Assembly (NCBI RefSeq): GCF_006345805.1
Contig: NC_043026.1
Span: forward strand, 372,001 to 436,000
DNA from: Octopus sinensis
Lineage: Eukaryota
DNA length: 64,000 nucleotides
Direction of reading: 5' to 3'
Part shown: positions 14,905 to 26,056 of the stretch, one piece after another
Layout: each line of letters opens with the position of its first letter
Position numbering within the stretch: the stretch's first letter is position 1
Position numbers and translations under genes: made by a program
Notes under the pieces: generated by a model
Database searches by the model: none
The model's input: only the letters and a program-made list of their open reading frames with translations
What the model was told of the DNA's origin: nothing

Positions 14905-15035
14905 ATAGAGGTATCAGCACCTAGCTATCAACACGGTTAAAAAAGATTGGTGCACGTGTGAAGGTGGAACACCTTCAAAGAATAAGCATTGCTTGGAACT
15001 GTAAGAATTCTTTGCAGAGTTCTTGAAGCATGGCC
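14905..15035 (+). mobile_element. R4/Dong-like non-LTR 3' fragment (mirror at ~22825-22950)
   Basis: EHLQR…ALLGTVRILCRVLE matches the LQK.ALLGTARILR.VL C-terminus of RLE-type LINEs; followed by (AAT)n/(AAC)n. Confidence 0.55.
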
Positions 15036-15120
15036 AGTAAATAAGCGTCACCTTAGTCTGCTAAGCTGTGGACAGCTGACACGTTCCATCATAACCAGCA
15101 AAATAAGTTGTGAGATTTCA

Positions 15121-15132
15121 TATAATAATAAT

Positions 15133-15165
<33 letters not shown>

Positions 15166-15183
15166 AACAACAATAATAATAAT

Positions 15184-15220
<37 letters not shown>

Positions 15221-15260
15221 TTAATAATAATAATAATAAAAATGATAATAATAATAAATA
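15121..15260. repeat. (AAT)n/(AAC)n microsatellite (mirror at ~22600-22733)
   Basis: Direct inspection. Confidence 0.95.
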
Positions 15261-16547
15261 CCCTGATGCAGTACCTGACAGTGGCTCTCATGGCTTCTGA
15301 TCTTAAGTGATTGGAAGTGTTATCTTACGAATAGCAAAGGACCACGTTTCGGACTTCTCCCACTACTGAGACGAAGACCGCTTCGCTCAACAAACAAACA
15401 AACAAAACACAACAACAATATTAATATTGATTTCAAATTTTGGCACAAGGCCAGCAAATTATTGGAGAGAAAAGTAAGTCGATTTCATTGACCTCACTCT
15501 TCAACTGGTACCGCAAAAAGCAAAATAAAAAAGAACAAAAGAAAAACAGCAATAATAAAAAAGATTCACTTACTTCTATAGAAGGAAATCTCGTTCTTGT
15601 TATTCGTGCTGACGACTGTCATTATATTTTTCGGTGAGTAATTCTTACAAGCATGGCTGACTTTGTTGTAAGTGAAAAATTGCGATTGGCTCCTCTGAGC
15701 GAGCGCGGTGCAGTCGAGGAGGTTTCGTGTTGAGGAGAATTGTTCTGTTGGAGGTGTCCCAATATAACCATAGGAATAACCAGTTCCCAAACGTTTGTAG
15801 TAGCCATCAAGTTCCTGATCTGAGGTAACAACCAGAATTGTTGTAAGGGTTAACAGCAGCACTGCCATTGCAGCTGGACGAGTAAAAGCTGACTGGAACA
15901 TTCTTGACTCTATGATTGCTAAACTTAGACAGAAGCGGGAAAGAAATGGCATGAAAGAGAGAAGGAATGAGGTGGGGTGAAATATGAAGAGATTCAGCAA
16001 TGAGACAAAATGAATTTTAATAAAGAGAGAACGGGGAAGAGAAAGACAAGGAGAGAAGAAAAAAGTTAGAGAGTAACAGAGAGAAATCCTGAAAAAGAAG
16101 AGAGAGATACAATGAGAAGATGGAAAGTGTTTGTGTGTGAGAGGAAGGTTGTTCGGAAGAGAAAACGCAAAAGGAATAACATATAATTTAGAATAAAAAA
16201 TTTAAAATAAATTACGGTTATTGGTAAAAACGCAGGTCCTGGGGAAGATTTTAAGTTGTATTCGGGGAAGATTTTAAGTTGTATTACGGGGCCCTGGTTT
16301 GAGATATCCAGGGTTTTCAAGAATTGGTAGTAATTCTAGGGCCTTCATTCATGACCATTAATAACTGGGACTATAGAATATAGGTTCAGGCACAGCTGTA
16401 AGATTAAGGAGCTCGCTTGGTAATCACATGCTTCCCGGTTCAATCCCACTGAGCGGCTACTTGTGCAAGTGTCTTCTAGTATTGGCCCGGCCAACCAATG
16501 CCTAGAGAGGGAATCTGGTAGCCGGAAAGTATGTGGAAGCCCTTTGC

Positions 16548-16615
<68 letters not shown>

Positions 16616-16708
16616 GTCTGTCTGCTTGCCTGCCTGTCTGTCTGTCTGTCTGTATGTATGTATATATATACATACATACATACATACATACATACATACA
16701 TACATACA

Positions 16709-16742
<34 letters not shown>

Positions 16743-16958
16743 CACACATATATACATACATACATACACACACACACACATATATATATATAGCTAGTTA
16801 GCTAGCTGTGAGAGAGAAAGAAAGGAGGGAAACAGTGTGTGTGTGTGAGAGAGAGAAAGATATCCTAGCCATAACACGTACCCGAACACACAAAATGCAA
16901 TGTGATAGAAAAACACTTACTTTCAGTGAGATAGGGCGGAGAGCGCACACTTTAGATA

Positions 16959-17017
<59 letters not shown>

Positions 17018-17106
17018 ATGTCTGTCTGCTTGCCTGCCTGTCTGTCTGTCTGTTTTTATGTATGTATATATATACATACATACATACGTACATACATACA
17101 TCATAC

Positions 17107-17139
<33 letters not shown>

Positions 17140-17241
17140 CACACATACATACATACATACATACATACATAGACACACACATATATATATATATATATAG
17201 CTAGTTAGCTAGCTGTGAGAGAGAACGAAACGAGGGAAACA

Positions 17242-17278
<37 letters not shown>

Positions 17279-18317
17279 CGTTTACTCGATACAACAATTG
17301 AAAGAGCGCAAGATTGGCGTTTGCATGCGCAATCACCCTTATTTCAACTGTTGTCACACACACACTCTAATATTAACTGCAATATATCCTAGCCATAACA
17401 CGTACCCAAACACATAAAATGCAATGTGATAGAAAGCACACTTACTTTCAGTGAGGTAGGGCGGAGAGCGTATACTTCAGGTGGTTCTGTAAGGACTTCC
17501 TGTAAGGACTTCCTGTAAGGATGGTTCGTGAATGTCACAACTTTTTCACTGTTTCCCTAACTGTCTTCTACCGTCAATATTACCCTCTATTACCCACAGT
17601 TGTGTCTTCAGATGTCTGAACACTTCGTAACCGTCAGTACTGGCCACTGCTTTCTCTCCTAATTTCTCTTATCAGTATTACTTACAGACTTAGACCTGTC
17701 CATAAATAATCAACCCGTATAGACTGTCCATAAATGAGCAAAACGCAGAACCATCAACTCAGTTCAAGACTGTTTACTAATTTGACTGTTTATCCACAGA
17801 AGTAAAAATAAACCAGATTTTCCAATATGTCTGCTTTGATTGCTATGAAGAATAAAAGGGCCTTCTATAGAGACATGCGTTTCACTAAGCTCGCAGAAAA
17901 TACGGCTGTGTGGTTACTGACGTCGTTCCGATGTTAGCAGTAAGGCTGTTGCGCTGTTTGTGATAGTGACGTTGTAGTTTTAATACCTGGTGATAGCGTG
18001 ATGTGATGTTGGTGTTTCTGTGAGTGGAGATATAAAAGCAGAACAATTGAGGTCACTATACCGAAGACTTTCATTATAGGAAATCATTGAAATCAATCAC
18101 CGTGGATGATGGAACAAGAACCTAGTCCTGACCTGTGTACACTCTTAATTTCAACCATTGATAGTTGATGTGTTAATAGATAATTTTCTTCATTTCATGA
18201 CAAATAAACACGCAAACAGTTACAGACATCGAAGCATAACACGAACAGTTCTCACCAGTTTCACTCTGCATGTTTTTACATGTATCTTAGGAATTAACGG
18301 TGCTTTATTATAAGGTA

Positions 18318-18373
<56 letters not shown>

Positions 18374-18393
18374 GTCTATCTATTGCTTTATCA

Positions 18394-18442
<49 letters not shown>

Positions 18443-18443
18443 C

Positions 18444-18487
<44 letters not shown>

Positions 18488-18545
18488 TGACTTATCAATC
18501 TATGTACTATCTATCTTTCTACCTATCTATCTATCTATCTATCTC

Positions 18546-18577
<32 letters not shown>

Positions 18578-18583
18578 CTATCT

Positions 18584-19572
18584 ATGTGTGGGTGGCTGAA
18601 TGTGGGCGTGCATTGTCTTACAATAATAGACATCGGCGTTTGTTACGAATTGCTGGTTTCCCTTTGTTAACCAACATTACACTGTAGACCCCTTTTAAGG
18701 GACAATGTTGCAATATAGACCCTTTTGCATCCCCCCAAACGCTTAGCATCACATTTTTCTGCCGAAGGTTGAATCTTGAATTTCTTTTCCACTGGTGATT
18801 CGTATCGTTTCCGCTTCATACTAAATCTTTCGGATTCTGGCTCAAAGTTATGGGCCCCGATTTCATCAATCGTGTCTACACTCCCTCAAAACAACTTTAA
18901 CTTCATCGCTGAAGCGTTCGAGTTAGAATTGACAAAAATCCACACGATTGTGCTTATTCACATCGAAAAGCTCTCTTGGCGCCCTTCTCGCACTAACTCC
19001 GCAGAACCGAAGTTTGTCGCGGATGCAGAACCATACTAATTTGCAGAGAATAAGCCATCTCATCAATGGGCAATCGTTGGTTCGCCAGAAGCATTTCTGT
19101 AAATTGTTGAATCTCCACGTCACCGGTGACGGTTAATGGGTGTCCTTATCACTCCTCGTATTTCACGCTTGTCCGGACATTTAAAACTTCTCGCTCTTCT
19201 CGTAAATACTTCTACGCAGTAGAGCGCTGTTCCTTAATTGTATTGAAAGCCTGCAAAGAATTTCAGCCCCTGACACACATTCAGATTAGAGAAGCATTTT
19301 CACTGATCCCTATTTTCCCTTAGTGCACACTTCCAGTAGAGCTGCCACGTTTGTTCTGTAACACAAGAATGGAAGCTGGAGAGAGATCAAAGTGAAACGT
19401 CGGTCAAGAAATCAGAAGAGTAACACCCTTTAACACGCCACTGATGAAACTAAAGCGACCAACCGAAAGACTGTTTCGACGAAACGCGTATATTTTTTTC
19501 ACTTTCCTTTGTATAATTAGTATCATTGTTCTGATCTCTTTGATTTGCTGAAAGCTTTCCCCCACATCGTCT
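18584..19572 (-). mobile_element. Mariner relic, duplicate
   Basis: Reverse complement of 44775-45752. Confidence 0.8.
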
Positions 19573-19950
19573 TTCTTTACTACCCACAAGGGATTAAACA
19601 CAGAAGGGACAAACAAGGACAGAAAAACGGATTATGTCGATTATATCGACCCCAGTGCGTAACTTGTACTTAATTTATCGACCCTGAAAGAATAAAAGGC
19701 AGAGTGGGCCTCGGCGGAATTTGAACTCAGAACGTAGCAGCAGACGAAATACCTATTTCTCTACTACCCACAAGGGGCTAAACACAGAGGGGACAAACAA
19801 GGACAGACAAACGAATTAAGTCGATTATATCGACCCAAGTGCGTAAATGATGAAAGGCAAGGTCGACCTCGGCGGAATTTGAACTCAGAACGTAGCGGCA
19901 GCCGAAATACTGCTAAGCATTTCGCCCGGCTTGCTAACTTTTCTGCCAGC
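19572..19950 (-). mobile_element. SINE family A dimer
   Basis: Homology to 25826-26056. Confidence 0.8.
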
Positions 19951-20107
19951 TTTCCCCAACATCACAGAGACAAAACCGCAGATATCTACACTCACGCGCA
20001 ACACACGCACGTACGCATGGGCGCGCATGCACGTGTATACGCGCACGCTCGCACACACACATACACACACATCTCTTCTACATATTGTCTGGACAGTCGT
20101 GAACTGG

Positions 20108-20700
20108 AACAACAACAACAGCTCTCAGAAAGAGAGAAAGAGAATCACAACTCAAAAGACCGATATTGGATACAATATTTATATGGATTCTTTATTAACA
20201 GGTAAAACGTGATTTTGTGGATCACCAGTGATGGTCAGCTGGATTGGGTGAATATGAACAACAACAACAGCTGGAATGAGAGAAAGAGAATCACAACTCA
20301 AAAGACCGATTTGGGATACAATATTTATATGGATTCTTTATTAACAGGTAAAATGTGACTTATGTGGATCACCAGTGATGGTCAGCTGGATTGGGTGAAT
20401 ATGAACAACAACAACAGCTGGAATGAGAGAAAGAGAATCACAACTCAAAAGACCGATATTGGATACAATATTTATATGGATTCTTTATTAACAGGTAAAA
20501 CGTGACTTTTGTGGATCACCAGTGATGGTCAGCTGGATTGGGTGAATATGAACAACAACAACAGCTGGAATGAGAGAAAGAGAATCACAACTCAAAAGAC
20601 CGATGTTGGATGGAATATTTGTGTGGATTCTTTATTAAAAGGTAAAGCGTGACCTATGCGGATCACTAGTGGTGGTCAGCTGGATTGGATGGGCGTTAAC
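20108..20700. repeat. 147-bp minisatellite in the 3' UTR region (4 units here, 2 units in other copies)
   Basis: AACAACAACAAC unit starts at 20108, 20257, 20404, 20551 and 20698. Each unit carries AATAAA on the gene strand. Confidence 0.85.
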
Positions 20701-20741
20701 AACGACAACAACAATAGTATCAATGGATATCATGTGCTGGG

Positions 20742-21224
20742 TTAGTTCTGCTGCCTCAGGCGGATGAATATGGCCATGGAGTCTGCTAATGCATAACCTG
20801 CAAGTAACAATAACAACATCAATAACAAAAGGATTTCAAATATATCGTGGGAGTACTTTATACGTGATCACTCGAATTACTAGAAATGGCAGACGAATCT
20901 CTGCATCGTTTTGTAGGTCGGTCACTGATGGAACGCCTTTGAATATAAATCAGTTGAATCAAGGCTGATTGGCCGCTAAACAATAAGTACAAAATTAACA
21001 TTTAGTACTACTACTCACAGTAAGACAAACGCACACACACACAGAAGATACAATATCACTTACCGTTGTTCCATATGACTTTCGATTTTGTATCAGAATA
21101 ACGAATTGAAGGGTAGTGATCTGACTTATCGAACTCACATACATATGGTCCCTCATTGATGGTCAGCCATCCTCTGTCCCTTTCACAAAAACCATGTATT
21201 GTTATATGGAAGCGACGTGCAAGT
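20742..21224 (-). pseudogene. Orphan exons 4-5 of the same family (open frame, intact splice sites)
   Basis: Exon 4 at 21224-21064 ([54 protein letters not shown]) and exon 5 at 20797-20742. Upstream intron homology ends at ~21308. Confidence 0.8.
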
Positions 21225-22612
21225 CTAAGGAGAAAAAGAACAAAACAACTTGTTTGTGTTTCAGAATATGAAAATCTAAACATGTATTAAATAGACTAGT
21301 ATACCCGCTTTTACCTCAGTGTTTACACCCAAACACTTTCCCGTGGTTTAGTATTATTGCAAGGTAACGGAGGATTGAAATCAGATTTTTCTTTCCCCTA
21401 TGATAGGTAGCCCCACTACCACCACCAACACTAGGCTAATGAGCCCCATCTGATCAACTGAATTATTAATTAACTCATATGTGGGAACCTACCGAGTACG
21501 TCTACTCCGCATAAAACTAATCTGGGAGCAACATTGGCTAAGAAGTGTTTCCAAACTCTTGAAAACCCTGGAAATCTCAAACCAGGGCCCCGTAACGTAT
21601 ACAACTTAAAATCTTCCCCAGGACCTGCGTCTTTACAAATAACCGTAATTTATTTTAAATTTTTTATTCTAAATTATATGTTATTCCTTTTGCGTTTTCT
21701 CTTCCGAACAACCTTCCTCTCACACACAAACACTTTCCATCTTCTCATTGTATCTCTCTCTTCTTTTTCAGGATTTCTCTCTGTTACTCTCTAACTTTTT
21801 TCTTCTCTCCTTGTCTTTCTCTTCCCCGTTCTCTCTTTATAAAAATTCATTTTGTCTCATTGCTGAATCTCTTCATATTTCACCCCACCTCATTCTTGCT
21901 CTCTTTCATGCCATTTCTTTCCCCCTTCCGTCTAATTTTAGCAATCATAGAGTCAAGAATTTTCCAGTCTGCTTTTACTTGTCCAGCTGCAATGGCAGTG
22001 CTGCTGTTAACCCTTACAACAGTTCTGGTTGTTACCTCAGATCAGGAACTTGATGGCTACTACAAACGTTTGGGAACTGGTTATTCCTATGATTATATTG
22101 GGACACCTCCAACAGAACAATTCTTCTCAACACGAAACCTACTCGACGGCACCGCGCTCGCTCAGAGGAGCCAATCGCAATTTTTCACTTACAACAAAGT
22201 CAGCCATGCTTGTAAGAATTACTCACCGAAAAATATAATGACAGTCGTCAGCACGAATGACACCAACGAGATTTCCTTCTATAGAAGTAAGTGAATCTTC
22301 TTTATTATTACTGTTTTTCTTTTGTTCTTTTATTTTGCTTTTTGCGGTACCAGTTGAAGAGTGAGGTCAATGAAATCGACTTACTTTTCTCTCCCATAAT
22401 TTGCTGGCCTTGTGCCAAAATTTGAAATCAATATTAATATTGTTGTTGCTGTTTGTTTGTTTGTTTGTTGAGCGAAGCGGTCTTCGTCCCAGTAGTGGGA
22501 GAAGTCCGAAACGTGGTCCTTTGCTATTCGTAAGATAACACTTCCAATCACTTAAGATCAGAAGCCATGAGAGCTACTGTCAGGTACTGCATCAGGGTAT
22601 TTATTATTATTA

Positions 22613-22656
<44 letters not shown>

Positions 22657-23354
22657 ATTGTCATTGTTATTGTTGTTGTTGTTGTTGTTGTTTTTGTTGT
22701 TGTTGTTGTTGTTGTTGTTGTTATTATTATTATATGAAATCTCACAACTTAATTTGCTGGTTATGATGGAACGTGTCAGCTGTCCACAGCTTAGCAGACT
22801 AAGCTGACGCTTATTTACTGGCCATGCTTCAAGAACTCTGCAAAGAATTCTTACAGTTCCATGCAATGCTTATTCTTTGAAGGTGTTCCACCTTCACACG
22901 TGCACCAATCTTTTTTAACCGTGTTGAAAGCTAGGTGCTGATACCTCTATCATCATTATTATTACTATTGTTGTTATAATTATTATTTCAGATAGCAAAT
23001 GGATCAAAGTATATGCCATATCAAAGGGAGCTGGTTCGAAAGTCTATAATTCATTCCTGAATATAGGACTTCCTTCAACCTGGAATGTGGACAAATGCAA
23101 TGGTGCCTTTTGTCCTAATTCTTCCGACATCTTTTCCTCGATTTCTGGAACAATCTTCCAATTGATGAGGTATGTATGTTTATGCATGCACAAACGCGCG
23201 AGTGCGAAACACATCATTGTCTTCATAATCGTTATAATGATTAAACGGCTTCTAGATCAATTCAGTTATGTTTGGAATATATTTGATTTCTAGAAATTAT
23301 TTATTAGGTTGACGAAGTAGTGTTGTAAAGAATTTTTTAATTCCTTTTTTTTCC

Positions 23355-23579
23355 CATTTACTACCGACAAGGGGCTAAACACAGGGGGGACAAACAAGGA
23401 CAGACAAACGGATTAAGTCGATTACATTGACCCCAATGCGTAACTGGTACTTAATTTACCGACCCCGAAAGGATGAAAAGCAAAGTCGATCTCGGCGCAA
23501 TTTGAACTCGGAACGTAACCACTGACGAAATACGGCTACGCATTTCGCCCGGCGTGCTAACGTTTCTGCCAGCTCGCCG
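23355..23579 (-). mobile_element. SINE family A monomer (G2 intron 2)
   Basis: TSD GTTGTAAAGAATTT; the site is empty in G3 (~35464). Confidence 0.85.
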
Positions 23580-23721
23580 TTGTAAAGAATTTTATCTCCG
23601 GCAAACTGCAGTAATAAAAGTATTTCTCATGAACGAAAGACTCTCCCTTCTTGGAGAAAGAGAAAGAGATAGATAGATAGATAAATAGACAGATAGATAG
23701 ATAGATGGATAGATAGATAGG

Positions 23722-23793
<72 letters not shown>

Positions 23794-24229
23794 CAAGTAG
23801 ATAGATAGATAGATAGGTAGATATGGTTTTTGTATTTGGTTATTCTTTATGTGAATTTGTGTGTTAAAGCACAGTTTATTGTATCTGGGGAGAGTCATTC
23901 TCTTTTTAGTGCCTTATTAGTTAACACACGCACTGGTTCGATTTCCACTCATTTACTTATTTTTTCTAAAATTTCCGTTACGTCTTTCAAAGGTCATTGA
24001 GCCTGTCCGTTATCAGGGCTGCGTTCCTTCTGTTTGTTTGTGCGCATGTGTGTGCGTTAGTGTGCATGTGTATACACATACGTATGTATATATGCATACA
24101 TGTATGTATGTGTGTATCCATATATGTGTATGCATATATATATACATATATGTGTGTGTATGCATGTGTTACGTTTGTATGAATATATGCATGTGTGTAC
24201 GTTTGTATTTATGTATGTATGTATGTATG

Positions 24230-24700
24230 TCAGGTCACTTTCGAGTGCTACTGGTAACATGTAACCCAGTACAGCCTGTTGCATAGTCGGGCCGTCGGCG
24301 AGTAAACCGGCAACCCCACCAAGCTTGCTTTGTGAGGAGCGTGTTTATTCGACACCCTGCGGGATGAAAAACAAAACCCGTCAAAGGGCGGAGGAACTCT
24401 TGAGAGTCAATGGCCATCCAATAAATGTATTAAGGATGTATCATGCGCGGGGACATAGAAATAATCGGACTGAGTACCCGATCACGCGGTTAAACCATTG
24501 GGAGTGAAGGACTCCTAGCCTTTGTTAAAGCATCCTTCTAGGAGAAGGTAGCTCAGGTAACTGGGATAACTCCGATGTAAAACTGCGGCTCAGTGGTTAC
24601 CGATGATGTGGACTTGTTCTTCTTTTCGGATTATGACTGCTGTTGCTTAGTGAGTGGGTTGACTCAGTGCAGAGCCCTTCCTCACTTAATAAAAAATCTT
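24230..24700. repeat. Unclassified GC-richer dispersed repeat in intron 2 (also ~13120-13460, 39716-40080, 58305-58650)
   Basis: Present in all gene copies. G1 and G4 share a ~430-bp deletion starting in it. No coding signature recognised. Confidence 0.4.
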
Positions 24701-25825
24701 CTTGCACAGGCATTGCACGATAACAACATTGATTAAGCTTCGTGAAATGGCCATACTCGATAACAAGGGGGCAGCCACCATGTATATATGTATGCATATT
24801 CATTAGTTTGTGTGTGTGTTTGTTTGTCTGTGTATGTGCTTGTGGGATGGGGTGTATCTGCATGTAAAGGAGATAAAAGCGAATGTATTATTTGGGTATT
24901 GCAGAAAATTATTAATACATTGTGTCATACAACTCGGCAAGCAATAACACGAGATCTTAAGTAATACTATGAAATAACAAGTTTACATAACACTTCCAGT
25001 TCGTGAGGTCATACTGTATTGAAGGTTAAGTGATATATACCAGATAGTATCATGGTAGCATATGAGACTTTTAAGTAAAGTGTAATTAATTATATTATAT
25101 GATTCATTTAGAGATAGCAAGATACGTCAAATCAGCAAATACAATAATTCATCAACAGATGCATGCGTAGTATACTTAAAATTATATGACCCGAACACAT
25201 AAGCAATATGGAGCTATGGCAAAGAACAAATCAATTTTCGATTAGGGAGTAAATATTTAAGAAAAAGTGGAAGTAGATTCGTAGCACAATTATAAAAGAC
25301 ACCACATGTAGCGAAAAGTGGTTTACAGTGTAATCCGGATGGATATAGAAAGAAAGGTTGGCCTAAGAACTCGTGGCGTAGATCAACACAGAAGGAACTA
25401 GAGAAAGGGGGACATTCATGGCAGAGTATAAGTACAGAAGTGAAAAATTATGCGACATGGAATTCAACTCTAAGTGGCCTACACTCAGCGATGGAGGGTT
25501 AAAGGCAGGAAAAAAAACATACGTATGGAGCGAGTGACCAATCAAAGTCATTAATTTCGCATGTTAAACAGATTAATTTCGGTCAGGAGAATTACGAAGT
25601 AAAAATGAGAGTGGACATTAAGCTAACAGTGAAGGAAATACATATTGAATTACCTCGATCTATTTAACTTGACCATTTCTTTTTATTATGTGTGTATGTG
25701 CGTGCGTGTGTGGTTGTAAGCGTATGTGGTTGTATGTGTGTGCTACATGCTCATTTATTTTACAGGTGAAACTGTGATTTATAAAAACCATACAGATGTG
25801 GTAACTATAATATTTGATGGACGAA

Positions 25826-26056
25826 GGCGGCGAGCTGGTAGAAACGTTAGCACGCCGGGCGAAATTCGTAGCCGTATTTCGTCTGTCGTTACGTTCCGAG
25901 TTCAAATTCCGCCGAGGTCGACTTTGCCTTTCATCCTTTCGGGGTCGATAAATTAAGTACCAGTTACGCACTGGGGTCGATGTAGTCGACTTAATCCCTT
26001 TGTCTGTCCTTGTTTGTCCCCTCTGTGTTTAGCCCCTTGTGGGTAGTAAAGAAATA
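25826..26056 (+). mobile_element. Full-length tRNA-derived SINE (family A) inserted in G2 exon 3
   Basis: GGCGGCGAGCTGGTAGAAACG (A box)…GAGTTCAAATTCC (B box)…AAAGAAATA, with a perfect 20-bp TSD TATAATATTTGATGGACGAA (25806-25825 / 26057-26076). Confidence 0.9.

Larger units (their letters stand above)
9710..15901 (-). pseudogene. G1: full-length paralog with a single premature stop in exon 3
   Basis: Exons (minus) 15901-15574, 14863-14685, 12364-12201, 10212-10052, 9765-9710. All splice sites and frames are intact, but GGA>TGA at 12208-12206 (…FSIE*). A single-base sequencing error cannot be excluded. Confidence 0.75.
16325..21308. repeat. Direct duplicate of ~5915-10335 (3' block of the gene unit; ~10.4-kb period)
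   Basis: TTGGTAGTAATTCTAGGGCC starts both copies, and the module order is the same up to exon 4. Confidence 0.85.

Noticed and set aside
20108-20700. 147-bp array or ~185-bp SINE arrays as CRISPR-like or nucleosome-positioning arrays
   Set aside because: Units are wholly repeated with no unique spacers, the context is eukaryotic with no cas genes, and the match to 147 bp has no other support.
25826-25915. tRNA genes
   Set aside because: The A/B boxes belong to SINE heads followed by SINE bodies and TSDs; no complete cloverleaf was recognised.
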